64,000 nt of DNA from positions 36,542 to 100,541 of the forward strand of contig JAQGDQ010000761.1 of assembly GCA_030141605.1 (NCBI GenBank). Direction: 5' to 3'. Origin of the DNA: Tubiluchus corallicola. Lineage: Eukaryota > Animalia > Priapulida. The notes below the pieces were generated by a model that was not told where the DNA came from, did not search any database, and worked only from the letters and a program-made list of their open reading frames with translations. This document shows, in pieces, positions 11,808 to 24,398 of this stretch. Position 1 is the first letter of the stretch. Each line of letters opens with the position of its first letter. Both the position numbers and the translations under genes were made by a program.

Positions 11808-13855
11808 GTTGGATTTATTTTACTATTATCACTTGAATTTAGGAAAATATGAAAAAGAATTTTGCAAAAAAGCAGTCTATAAAGCATATAGTTAGTCATG
11901 CTACTACTGTACGATTTTCAGGTGCGATGCTAGATGACATTTGCTTGAAAATTATGACACAACTAGGTGGATTTCGTGACTTTTCTTCAGTACACTATGG
12001 CTTTCCGTAAGCGAGCGCTACTTAAATTAATCCAAATTTCTGCAGCTTACCTAATGTTCAAGCAAAAATATCATAACATTAGATAATATTTTGTAAAACT
12101 TATTATACTTTTGATGGAAATTGACAGTGCACGGTTTTCCTTCAGTCGGTGAATGTCAGGCCAGTCACAAAAAAAGTTTCTGTCCTACCTCATGAGCTCA
12201 AAAGATGTCAGTAGGGAAAGGAGGAAATTTTTTTCAAAATAATTTTTTTATTTAAAGTTTTGTGAATGTTTATAGCTGAATTGTGGAACATTTAAAATCA
12301 AGGTTTGTTTATTTCCCACTGGTCATAATTAGCAGTAATGTTTTAAATTTTTTTCAATGAACATTCTTTCACGCTTTGTTTTTTAGTTTTTAGTTACGCA
12401 TCACTAAATTATTGTATAATTATCGATTATCGTATAGTCTCCTTTTTGAACGTCATGATGTTCTGGTAACTTTGGCACAATTGAAATCAAAGTTTGTTTA
12501 TTTCCCACTGGTTAGCAGTAATGTCTTAAATTTTTTCAATAAACATTTTTTCACGCTTTCTTTTTTAGTTTCGCATTACTAAATTATCGTACAGTTATCA
12601 TTTGTTTGTAACTGATATGTATGTTCTGATAATAATGGTATCATGGCATCAACACTACTCAGCCGTTAATACACTGATTTGGCAGAAAATACGATGCATT
12701 TTAGCCTCCAATACAATGAGCATCACTCAAAAGGACAACCCTGGCTGAGAGTTAGCCGCAGAAAAACATGGTTGTGACCACGCCGAAACAACAGTGTTAC
12801 AATAATTATTGCGTTGTAAGTTTTAAACTAAAAAAATATGCTTTTATATGACTGCGTCAGGTAAGTATATGAATGTAGAAAACTTTTATAAAATTCCTGG
12901 CATGGTGTGCGATAAAAAAAATGTTACCCAGGCGAATAGACAGAAACAGAAGTATTTTTATTGTTGGCCTCACTGGTGATAGAATGGGCGTTCAATATGA
13001 GAGCACCTAGGCATGGATGATCACAACTTTAAAGTGATTTTACTACTTATCCAAATCACCTATCACACTTTTTGCGAAAATTTAAAAAAGCCTAGATTCC
13101 CGGAAGACTTGGCCTGTCGTTTAAAACTCATTTTATAAAACAGTCTCGACAGATACACTCAAACTTCTTTATACCACCTACAATGGAACTGCAAAGCATT
13201 GGTATTACAGCGAGTTTAGCATTATAATAGGGGTTGTTAATGCATACATGTCTACGCAAATATAGACATTTTGTTTTGATAAAAATCTGGGCATTAAATG
13301 AGATCGGCATTATGACGAGGTTTGTCTGTATTAAAATGAATCTCAGTTCTAGCACGTCTTTCCATGTATGAAAACAAAATAAAATTAAAATGAAATTGCT
13401 GGTTAGACAAGAAACAAAGCAATCACCAGCACCGAGGCTGACTCTAAAACTCAAAACTTTTCAGATGTATACATTGAATGCGTGCCACGCGGAAAAGAAC
13501 ACAAGTACTAAAAACGGTAAGCATCAGGTGCACGCTGCACAGTAATCATCGCATTAAATCTGATAATCATTATATGCAATTAGAAGAACTCAGCTTGCTA
13601 ATGATTATTGTGTTAGTAAACAGTTGTACAAATTATAGTTATTATTCTTGGATTTGTCGCACGCTCTAAATTTTAAAACAGCTACAGGTTCTACATGGCA
13701 TGGTCACTGCAGCACAGGGCCACATATACGCAGCTTGATGATACAAGCCTATATACATAACAACGGAAGTCAAAGAATTGAGAAATAAATAAACATTCCT
13801 AATATTTTACCCATCAAGCAAATCCCGATGGCTAATTAATTAACTTTTAATACTA

Positions 13856-14302
13856 CCGTATTTTCCCGTGTATAAGAGACCCTTTTTTTGCTCAGAATTT
13901 TCACTTTAAAAATAGGGGGTCTCTTATACATGGGAGTAAGTCTTTTCAATAAGATGCATAAATTGTTACACTAATGATTTTAAAGAAATAAGTGCTCTAC
14001 AACTGTTTTGCGTGTCGCGTTCGACTATGAAGCGGTTGTAAGCAATACAAGCATCGTGACACAGGCATTATCTCCTCGTTTTCTCTTTTCCTGTTACAGG
14101 TTTGCAGGTAATATATACCAGTACTCTTTTTCTACAACACATTAACTGGTTTTATTTTGTTTTCAGTACCGCACTGAGTTGAAAAAAGTTGTACTTTACC
14201 CTCTAAAAATGTCCGTCTGAAAAAACTTTTTTCCAGAATTTTTGCCTAAAAATTGAAGGGGTCTCTTATACACAAGGGTCTCTTATACACGGGAAAATAC
14301 GG
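13856..14302. mobile_element. Tc1/mariner (pogo/Tigger-like) MITE
   Basis: ta|ccgtattttcccgtgtataagagaccc ... gggtctcttatacacgggaaaatacgg|ta: perfect 27-bp TIR, TA TSD. Confidence 0.9.
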
Positions 14303-17045
14303 TAAATTAATTAACAACTAGAAATCTGTTTGTAGTAAAAACTTTTTTAAATAGCACTAATCACCTAAGAATACTAGATGTAACAGTAATTATAATTTTG
14401 CTGTGCTAGCAGAGCAGGTTTGCCTGTATTCAAGACTGTAGTGACACCTAGCTGGGAAAAAGAGAATCTTCTTAGTAACAGTCTCTGAATATCCTATATA
14501 CCTGTAAGCAAGTAAGAACTTTTCAGTTCTAGGTTTTGGGCTATTCTCCACAGAATGTACAATTTTCATCCCGTCATACATTTTTTTAAACATCAAAAGT
14601 TCTGGTACAATACTGACTGCCAGCTTTACTTCTCTAGAGTAAATAAGAAATGACCTTTTTTGGGCGTATTGCAATAAATTACGCTACACTCTTTACTTGT
14701 ATTCTTGCAACATGGGAAATCCTTTTGCCTTACCCGTTTTTTTCTGGTGATTAGACAAGCCATGACACATGATGTTGCGACTTATCTACATTACTTTTAA
14801 TGATATTCGTAGTCTACAGATGCTTTCCTAGATACAGCTCTACATTTGTTTATTTAGGACGACAACGGTTTCAAGCATTGAGTGTTTTTGTACTCATTTC
14901 AGCAGAGCAGATTCGATTTAATTTGGCCATGACGAATTACACATATGCCATTCAAAGTAAGCAAAATAAAATACGCATAAAATTGCTGTAAAGTGATATA
15001 ATTTTATCAGGCGATTTCTCTGAAGCGTACTTTAGGTACCCCTTTTCTCCTCCTTTAAGAAGAAGCATTTAATCTTGAGTTAATATCTAAGATGTTCCTC
15101 AATGGAAAGGTGCTGTGTCACCTTCTACATCTTCAAGTACATCATCAATTTTTGATTCTAACAAGAAATGGAAAAAGTTCTGAAAAACACATTAAATGTG
15201 AAGTATTTCAATGACTAAAACATTCAAAATTTGTTGATACCGCGTGATAACCTTTAAGTTAGTCTGCTTTGTGCTTATCTTTTATTAGATTTCTTCATTT
15301 TTATGTGAATTGCATAGTTCTTTAATTCTATATATTCTCAAAATACAATTTTTGATTGTAATGCATGTTTTAATAGGCTCGATCTTTGCGACGCTAGTCT
15401 ACAAACTCATCAAATGGCAAGATGAAAACATACATAAGAATCGAGGCATAAGGTAGTTGCAGACAAACAACACACAGCATACAAAATTAAACATGTAAGG
15501 TGCTGGTTATAACGTAAGAGCAACTACACAGTTTTATGGATAAAGAACATAGTATGTAACATCTACAGTATCTCCCCATAGTGAGTAAGGGCATTTAGTC
15601 ACATAATATTATATGTCTGTCTGCACAATACAATTAATAATATGCAAAAGCATAATCATCAACTGTGGTAAAGGGATAAGCCTGAACAAGACCTGGAAAC
15701 CCTTTGGCTTTGGTTTCAAAAGTTGAAAAGTCAAGGACACAAGGTCAAGAAATGCATTAACATCAAAGTACACAATGTTCAGATCACCAAACTTGGCAAG
15801 GGATACATAGGTGTTGACAAAAAAACCCTTGGCTTTTGGTTTGAACAGGTCAAGAGTCGAGGTCACCAAAGTCAAAAAATGTTAAAATGTCAAATAAATT
15901 TTTGCCCGTAGCGACTCCATATGGAGGCGTGACCTACTAGGTCTGCACCCCAATAGAGTGCCCTTTTATTACCAATATGATTACTCAAGTAGAGAAGCTC
16001 AAGTACTAGGATGTCCCGAAGCCAGTGGCTGTTGTTCTGGTAATGGGAATTTGCTTGATCAATATAAGCCGGTGACAGGGGAATACTGTTCAATATCACT
16101 GTACAGTCATGTACAGCTCACAAGCCCACAGTGCAGTATTGACGTAAGATACCATCTGATGATCGTACACATTTCAAAATTCTAATAATTCTGCACGTTG
16201 TAAAATAAATATATACATATAAAAAATACAACTGTACGTTGTAAAATAATAACATGTAAAAATATTCAAAAGAAATCAAGATGCCCAGAAAAACCCTACC
16301 CTCTAGTGGAACTAAGAAGTGTGTGTTCTCTATTCCAGATAGCTGTCTAATCATTGAGTGCAGTGATGGCTCTATGGTTGCGTCATAGAGAGATTTCATG
16401 TTTTCACACTTCAAATTTTATGTCCAAGTTCTGTTACTGATGAAGAAAATTTTTTAATAAAAACGCTGTGACTGTCAGAGGCAGCTAGGCCTAGATTCTA
16501 GGCCTTCAAATACCATACGTAATTTCAGAACATTAAAAAAATCTGGATTTCTTATTGGCTATTGCTAACCAAAAACTATTGGCAATTCAGAATTTCCACA
16601 AATAATAACCATTGCTGTGCTTAATTACTGGCTGCAAGTGAGACATACAGGCACATGTATACAATATGTACTTAGTTGTTATAGAAAGTCAAAATTAATC
16701 GTTTTAATCCCATGACGAAAAACCTAAAATAATGTTGACACAACAATAAACAACTTTTCAGTAAACCAATCTCAACACAATTAACTGAAACCGGGAAGGA
16801 TAGTGGCTTAAGAATCATTTTTATGATATTTTAACGTACTTATCAACAAATTTGTTACTTCTATGGATTTCCATGTGTAGTGACAGCCAGTTACAGATAT
16901 TGCAACATTGCTATTGCAAATTTTCAAGCTAACCATGTCAAGTTCTGCTCTGTACGATAAATGCATCACAAAATGAGTTTGAAAAATTCGATCTACAGGA
17001 ACTTTCAGAATTCAGATGGCATTCAGCAATGCAGAAGGCTGCTGC

Positions 17046-17410
17046 TGTTGTGTTTTGTTTCTCGTGGAAGGCTCGTAGAGAAAACCAGAAAACACTTCAT
17101 CAAATTAAACTAGTTTATTAAGCGAGAATTCTACAACACAAAAGTATGAAGGAACGCGAAATGATTACACTAAACGTGAAAATCTGGAAAATGTTTAAGT
17201 GTATTTGAAATTACAAGTATACAAGAGAATGTGTAAGTGTACGTCTGTGCGAAATCTGCATGCGTCTGTCAGCAGCCTGCTTCGCCTTATATAGCGTGCC
17301 TGAGAAGCTTCTAGAAGTTCCTTTCCAGAACGTTGTACACGGTAAGACGATTAATCTAATGGAACATTCTACATATTTAATTCTAATAGATGCCAGCGAT
17401 CTTCACAACA
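17046..17410 (-). mobile_element. Solo LTR
   Basis: tgttgtg...cacaaca termini, 5-bp TSD gctgc; the minus strand has a TATA-like tatataagg followed by AATAAA. Confidence 0.75.
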
Positions 17411-18966
17411 GCTGCAGAAGACACAAACAATGAGAAAACTGTTAAACCTTTTTTTACACAAGTCCAATGTGGATCCAAGTCTGTGAAGACTTCAGATAGA
17501 GTGGTTGTCTAGCAGAGTTAGTTATAACTGACCAACATAATACACTCATATCTCGGTTTGTTGGACCTCACTTTTACGGATGTCAGAAAATTCGGACAAA
17601 ATCTGGTCCGTTAAAAAGACCACGTACTACAGACACAGTCCGTTATTTTGCGAGCTCACCGCTAGTTGGCAGGCTGTTACTTTGTTTACATCCAAGCAGC
17701 ATGTAACAGCACGTGTCTAGGGTGTTTAGTGGTTTAATCAGCGTGCGTAAGTGGTTTAGAGTCAATCATGCGAAGTTATTTAAATCAATTGCCGACAGTT
17801 TTTATATACTTTTGCACAGAGCGGGCCGTACCAGACGTTTTTGAGACAATAAGGCAATTGATTCTCCATTACCCTGAGTCTAATACAAGCCTACTGTATT
17901 AGTTTAGTATCGGAAAATATGGACAAGCGGCAAATTCGGACTGGACCCACAACCGAGTTGAGTGAATATGGGTTCTTCCTTACCGTATTATTACCATAGA
18001 TCAACAGGGCGAAGCCTGTATGTATGCATTTTGCACATAGTTTTCTCTCTCATTAATCATTGTTTCACACGCTCTCTCTCACATTTTATATTTGTTTTCT
18101 CTCAAAAGTTGTCGGTCTAGTGAAGTGCCACCTAGCGGCAGTGGTCATGGTATGGTGAGGAAGCAAGGCCAGTGGTCGTATGATGGAAGCGTCACTCAAT
18201 GTATGTTTATGAAACGTTTGTATGACGGTTGCAGAAAGGTTGGATTTTTAAAAGTCATTTAGATTCCATTGAAGCTGGATGGGTTCCAAACCATAAGATA
18301 ATGCCATTGGTTCATGCACAAAGTAAGAGCAAACTGCAAACATGCACCCTTGAGCAAATACACGATTTGAAATTTCGACAACTGTGAGATTACGTGCACT
18401 CAGTCAATGTGAGACTGCTATGCTGAAGTCGGACTACTGCTTCTTCTTTGTGGTAAGACGTTAACTTCACCGAATTGAAGGCTCTGGCACATGCTGTTAG
18501 AGTTAATAATAGCATAATACATTTAGTAGGGCTAGCTGGCCTAATGCCATGGTAAATATAACTCCACAAATTTTCTCACAAACAAAACAGATAGGTGTTA
18601 GTACAAACGGAGTATACATGCAGTCACCTGAGTAAGCCACCTCTATTAGAACTTACATGATTTAGTTATAGAGCAATTACTATTCAAGTTATTATTCAAT
18701 ATGAATATGGTGTCTTCATAGATATAGGCATAGACATGTTTTATTCTATAGAGTAATGTAACAGTGAAGTAACAACATACCTTCCCAGGGATTATCTCAT
18801 TGAATTACTGATTTCAAATATAATTACAGTTATCTACAATTTTTATAAAATATGTACAACTACAAGTAAAATTTGGCAGATGGCCAAAAAACTCTCATTC
18901 ATGACTATGACTCACAGGTTTCTCACAATTTAACCCCAATATCTTTCACAATTCAGTATATCTTAC

Positions 18967-19008
18967 CTGCAAGTGCTCTTGAAAACGAATTGGAAATTGT
19001 TGAGACAT
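18967..19008 (-). CDS. CLTC: Clathrin heavy chain, first coding exon (rest of gene lies left of the window)
   Basis: gtcaccATG TCT CAA CAA TTT CCA ATT CGT TTT CAA GAG CAC TTG CAG|gtaaga gives MSQQFPIRFQEHLQ, compared with human MAQILPIRFQEHLQ. Same 14-codon phase-0 first exon, good Kozak context and strong donor. Exon 2 (TLTMESDKFIC..) was not found in 1-18966. Confidence 0.85.
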
Positions 19009-19435
19009 GGTGACAGGTCTTCTTTTCTGTCAATAACAAATTAATAAATCACAAAATTGAATATATCTGCCGGCTTTAAGAAACTCCGCCAGCACGCAAA
19101 ATTTTAATATGGCAGCAGCTGGCGGGAGAAAAGTAGTCCGTCATTAAATGACTTGACGAAATGTTGAATTGTGCTAAAATCTCTAAAGTTCACTTTACTT
19201 TCAATGTTGCTTAAATTTTCGCGGTATTTGGTAGAACATTTTTTAACTTCACATGCCTAGAATTATTAAAATGAACATATACTTCTGCTCTATTTCCCTA
19301 CCATTAGTTTTGTTTTCCGCCGCTAGATGACAACGTGTGTGAAATTCCTGAAGCCAAAATCTTTGCTGTAGATACAGTAAACGCGTAGTAGTGAGTAGAC
19401 GCCAAGTGTAGTTTTAATGTCTTAATTAATAAATA
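19009..19435. promoter_or_regulatory. Probable bidirectional promoter and 5' UTRs between clathrin heavy chain and IFT20
   Basis: Divergent ATGs only 427 bp apart, with locally more CpG (ggcggga, ccgcc, cgcg, acgcgt). Inferred from gene geometry. Confidence 0.65.
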
Positions 19436-19556
19436 ATGACAAATCTTGGGAACACTGGTTTACATCTCGATGACTTAAATAAATTACGAGTACTAGAACC
19501 AGAGGCTGCTCTTGAAACTGCTGAACTGAAAGAAGACTGCAAGGAGTTTGTTGAAA
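19436..19556 (+). CDS. IFT20: Intraflagellar transport protein 20, coding exon 1
   Basis: [40 protein letters not shown] matches IFT20 GLHFDELNKLRVLDPE..ELKEECKDFVD; phase-1 donor gtacta. Confidence 0.92.
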
Positions 19557-20420
19557 GTACTAGTTTTTGTTCTAGCTTTGCTTCCTCTAACACTGGTATA
19601 TTCTGATCATTATATTTGGCATTTCTTCCCATTTTTTGTGAAAACACTAACAAAGTAATTATTCAATAATTCTGCTTTTTCTTTGTCATTCACCGTCAGT
19701 TGTTTTCACTGTCATCTTACTCCTAGCATATTTGTAGAACAGCTTTGGATTTCGTTTGACATTTGGTGCTACTGCTGCTTCACTTTCCGTACTTCATCTT
19801 TACATTGGTTCCTTATTTTAGCATAGTTCTTTTATTCTTCAGAATGTGATTTGTTGATTTTATCCCTTATGTTACTCCCAAGTGACTGAAAAAAATGTTC
19901 TATGGGCTAACTTTTTCATATATATGCGATCTTAATATCATTCATCCATCAATATTTAATCAATTAAATCGTCTTCCATTATCAATTATCAATGCTTTAT
20001 CAGTTGACATTCTCAAAAGGCATTTGAGAGAGGACAGTTTACAGATGGTTACCGTCTAGATCCTTATTTCTTTGGATAAGGATAAGGTATCAATAGCTGA
20101 CTGAATATGATAATAATAAAAACAAAAACTTTAAAATCCATAACATGTCACAAGTAAATTATGCAGCACTTCACTTTTTCTGTCGCTTTTTACTAACCAA
20201 TCTTTTGTTTGACCCTTTGAGTTTTAGCTTCAAAGAGCAGATGATTTTTCCATGTATCAGTGGACTTCGATAAGCTTATACTTCGTACATCCACTGCATA
20301 CTAATTATTGACCTTAATTAAACATAACAGCAGTCAGCAGTATGTGACATATTGCTCTACTAGTACTAGACATCTACTAGGTGTAGTCTTTCTTGTAATG
20401 TGTGTGTAATAGCATCATTG

Positions 20421-21263
20421 TACTGTGTAAAAATAAATTACCGCACTATTGTAATACTGCAAAGTGCGGCAAGCATCCTTATACTATGTGTAAAAATAAA
20501 TTACTGCACTATTGTAATACTGCAAAGTGTAGCAAGTGTGTTTATACTGTGTAAAAATAAATTACCGCACTATTGTAATACTGCAAAGTGCAGCAAGTGT
20601 CCTTATACTGTGCAAAAATAAATTACTGCACTATTGTAATACTGCAAAGTGTAGCAAGTGTGTTTATACTGTGTAAAAATAAATTACCGCACTATTGTAA
20701 TACTGCAAAGTGCGGCAAGCATCCTTATACTATGTGTAAAAATAAATTACTGCACTATTGTAATACTGCAAAGTGTAGCAAGTGTGTTTATACTATGTAA
20801 AAATAAATTACCACACTTGTAATACTGCAAAGTGCAGCAAGTGTCCTTATACTGTGCAAAAATAAATTACTGCACTATTGTAATACTGCAAAGTGTAGCA
20901 AGTGTGTTTATACTGTGTAAAAATAAATTACCGCACTATTGTAATACTGCAAAGTGCAGCAAGTGTCCTTATACTGTGCAAAAATAAATTACTGCACTAT
21001 TGTAATACTGCAAAGTGTAGCAAGTGTGTTTATACTGTGTAAAAATAAATTACCGCACTATTGTAATACTGCAAAGTGCAGCAAGTGTCCTTATACTGTG
21101 CAAAAATAAATTACTGCACTATTGTAATACTGCAAAGTGTAGCAAGTATGTTTATACTGTGTAAAAATAAATTACCGCACTATTGTAATACTGTATAGTG
21201 CAACAAGTGTCCTTATACTGTGTAAAAATAAATTACCGCACTATTGTAATACTGCAAAGTGCG
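20421..21263. repeat. ~61-bp minisatellite, ~14 copies, in IFT20 intron 1
   Basis: Unit tactgtgtaaaaataaattaccgcactattgtaatactgcaaagtgcagcaagtgtcctta, with two alternating variants. Confidence 0.95.
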
Positions 21264-21402
21264 GGAATGATACAGTCCCACAATGTAGCAGTTACAACTG
21301 TTTATCAACTGGTATGCAAAGTACTCTGGAAACTGCTGTCATGAAAAATTTTAAGTGTTTAATAATTCAATAGCTAAACAGCGAAACGTTAATGTTTTCT
21401 AG

Positions 21403-21488
21403 AAACCAGTAACTTTCAGCGTATTGTTAATGGCTTCATCAACATGGTTGCTGAACTGTCAAACGAAGTTGAGAATGAAAAGATGAAG
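21403..21488 (+). CDS. IFT20: IFT20 coding exon 2
   Basis: ttttctag|..KTSNFQRIVNGFINMVAELSNEVENEKMK|gtagga; phases consistent. Confidence 0.93.
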
Positions 21489-21589
21489 GTAGGAACTGTC
21501 ACGAAGCTTCAAATGTGCGCTTGCATGCCAAAACCGTTGAAATCAAAACCGGGCACAGTTAAAACTTATAACTACGTTATGATGCTTAA

Positions 21590-21968
21590 TACTAGAAACT
21601 AGTACTGCAAATGTGAAAAACTCTGAATGGTAGCCTGTGGCAGCAGTCATTTTGCTTGCAGTTTTTTCTGTTTCCATTTCCAGATCTTTGTCTGAAAGAG
21701 CCATCTATAGAATTGAAATGTAATTAAAGTCCATAGCAACCACACTTTCGTACGGTTGCCAAGTGTTTTTGTAGAAATGTGATAAAAAACAATGACAAAC
21801 TTTAACAGCGATTTGCTCAAGGTTATGTTTTTATCTCAGCGTAGAAATAACATGGAGCCGTGAGTTTGGTATCAAAGTGATCCTCAGTAAATAGAGATTC
21901 AGGATATGTGAATAACTAGTTAAGCTTAAATGCCGAGTTATGAACGATTTTGCTATGCAAGCACACAC
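21590..21968 (+). mobile_element. Interspersed repeat family C (other copies ~25862-25945, ~46700-47286, ~56682-57230)
   Basis: Shared end gagattcaggatatgtgaataactag..aagctt..gctatgcaagcacaca. Confidence 0.75.
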
Positions 21969-22151
21969 ATAATATTTTGTATTTATTATTATTATTATGT
22001 TGATGATGAACTTTATTAATTTGAATGTTTAATAGGATTCCCGCAATTACAAAATTGTATTCGGGAATTATTTGAATTAAGAGTATCATATATGCTTTTT
22101 GATGATATTAGATGTACATATATATATATTCATTTAATTATTGCATTACAG

Positions 22152-22255
22152 GCAATTGGTTATAGAAATTTGCACAAATCTATCGAGAAGCAGCGGGAGG
22201 CTCAGCAACAGCAACTCTTGGCTCTTATCTCAGAAAAACACACCCAGCTTGAACG
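22152..22255 (+). CDS. IFT20: IFT20 coding exon 3
   Basis: ttacag|[35 protein letters not shown]|gtaaat. Confidence 0.94.
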
Positions 22256-22805
22256 GTAAATAGCTAGCGTTCCAAAGTGCTACTTTATACAACGAATAAT
22301 GTTTTTTGCATTAGAAGAAGCTTTAAAGTTGGCTACAGTTCACCTACTTAAATTACATGTAAAATGAAATACAGTAAACTATATGTAACTGGAACACCTT
22401 GGCACCGGAAAATTTGTTTGAGTTATGCAAAAGTACGAGTTGGACAAAGTTCGTAAGCAAACAAGATTGAGTCGCCCATCAATGTCGGACAAAAAACAAC
22501 AGCTTGTGAAAATGACAAAGTGGGCCTCTTATCAAATATCAAGCAACAGCTTTTTATGAATAATCAAAAATAAAATGACTGGTCCACTTCTATTGTAGTC
22601 TGAGTAGCATGGTTAATAGAATTCGGCAATAATATTGCGCTCTAATTATGAAAACACGTTCGTTAAGCCATGTTGTGTGCAGCGTTCTGCTAAGGTAATA
22701 CAAGAAATCTTAGAACATAATATTTCACCATTTATAAAGAAACCTGCCTTTAAACTTCTCCAGCTTAAATATCACATCAGGAGTAAAGTGATCAGTGAAC
22801 ATTTT

Positions 22806-23218
22806 CAGGGATGAGAATTTTCTGCGGATACGTGGAATTCCGAGTTTTTGGAAGACCAGTAGTGCCATTTTTGTAAATCGCGTAAATTCGTTGAGAACAT
22901 TTTTACGCACCCAGTACATTATTTCACAAGCTGACCGCTAGTTGGCAGGCCGTCACTTTGTTTACATCACGTACATCAGTGTAACCACGTGTATGTCTCT
23001 ATGTATAAAAATATAGAATCAATTGTGTGGAGTTATTTGAGTCAATTGCAGACTGTTTTTATATACCTTTGTATAGGAGCGGCCAGTACTTAGGTGTTTT
23101 TGAGACAATTAGGTATCATGTATCCTTGATAGTTGGGTATTTTAAATTATGCATGAAACAAGGAACATTTAGAGGTTCTCTATGGTCACAAAATTACAAT
23201 TTGTCATTCTCATCCCTG
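22806..23218. mobile_element. hAT-like MITE family B
   Basis: 13-bp TIR cagggatgagaat/attctcatccctg; inverted relative to the copies in CLUH introns. Confidence 0.85.
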
Positions 23219-23236
23219 CATTTTGCTGTCTTTCAG

Positions 23237-23318
23237 ACTTAAAATTCAATGCGAGTCACTTGCTAGAATGGAAGCGGAGCAGGCGGAGTTTATGGAGCAG
23301 TACTACCTACAGACATGA
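23237..23318 (+). CDS. IFT20: IFT20 coding exon 4 (stop); full protein 130 aa
   Basis: tctttcag|..LKIQCESLARMEAEQAEFMEQYYLQT*; the four exons sum to 393 nt. Confidence 0.92.
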
Positions 23319-24398
23319 GTAACTACGACAAGCACTAATCCTTTGCAATTCCGGTTTAAACATAAGAGGTTGAGCTTCAAACGAAGCACAGATTTGTTTT
23401 GAGATTTGTGAAGGCTGTAAAGCTGATCTTTCCTCCCCAAATACGTACGTTTGAAAGTACAGTCAGACCTCTCTATACTGCCCACTTTGGGATAGGAAAA
23501 AAGTTGGTGTTGTAGCAAGTTTGGTTTTATAATGAGCTGTGTTAACCCTTATAGGGTCACAATTTTTTACAACCGATTTTGTTAACGGGGGCTAAAAAAT
23601 TACCCCCACCATAATTCGCCCACCTTTTGATAAACCGCCGTGTTTCATTAGTAAACAGCATAGTTTGTGGTTATGCTGTTGGTATTTCTCCATTGAACAC
23701 ATACATTAATTTGCCTGACTAATGGTGGGGTAATGGGTAGTGGTATAATGGGCTATTCTTATATATAGTTGAATACAACTGTTTCATTCGTGGCCATTTT
23801 GCAGACAGTATAACGAAGTTTGACTGTATTATATTGCTTCATTCAAAACTGTGCCAAAATACAACACAGTTCAAAAAACAGCAGATTTACTGGTTATTTC
23901 TCCTGTTTAGTTGTCAGTACAATGGCTGGTAAGGTGCTCATTAATAACCTGGCATCTGGGCAAGCATCTTTCCTATTAGTTTAATTATTTAATTAATGAA
24001 CTGTCTCACATCAAAACTTCTTCTCGGTAACTTGTGTAGATTTGCCTTATTTTCATACTGACGTGTTTTGGTTGCTCTATTATGGTTATGGCACTAAGCA
24101 GCTTATGTCTATGTCACTTTTCTGACATTGCCTATGGAAATGAGCATGGACTCTAAATCTGTCAGAAAAGTGCCGCAGAAATTAGCAAAAAGTATCAATG
24201 AAATGTAGCGTAAATCAGTAAGGTGGGTGCTAGCGAAAGTATTGTCTTCAAGTCTGCAATGCTAATTCTCTCGTGTTACTTATGAATGTATTTCTAGGTG
24301 CTTTTGTGCATACACACAGTGCTAACATCAGTAGGTACGCTGTGTTAGAATCTAGCCTTGCTTATATTTGCCAAAGACTGACTAAATACTGTACTGTA

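Noticed and set aside
14390-14674. Possible extra minus-strand exon between clathrin exon 1 and GEMIN4
   Set aside because: AG/GT-like sites are present, but the peptide resembles neither clathrin nor GEMIN4; unsupported without transcript data.
20421-21263. CRISPR-like array (also 3604-3980, 31081-31497, 35668-36000, 54508-55451)
   Set aside because: Units are contiguous with no unique spacers, there are no cas genes, and the context is eukaryotic.
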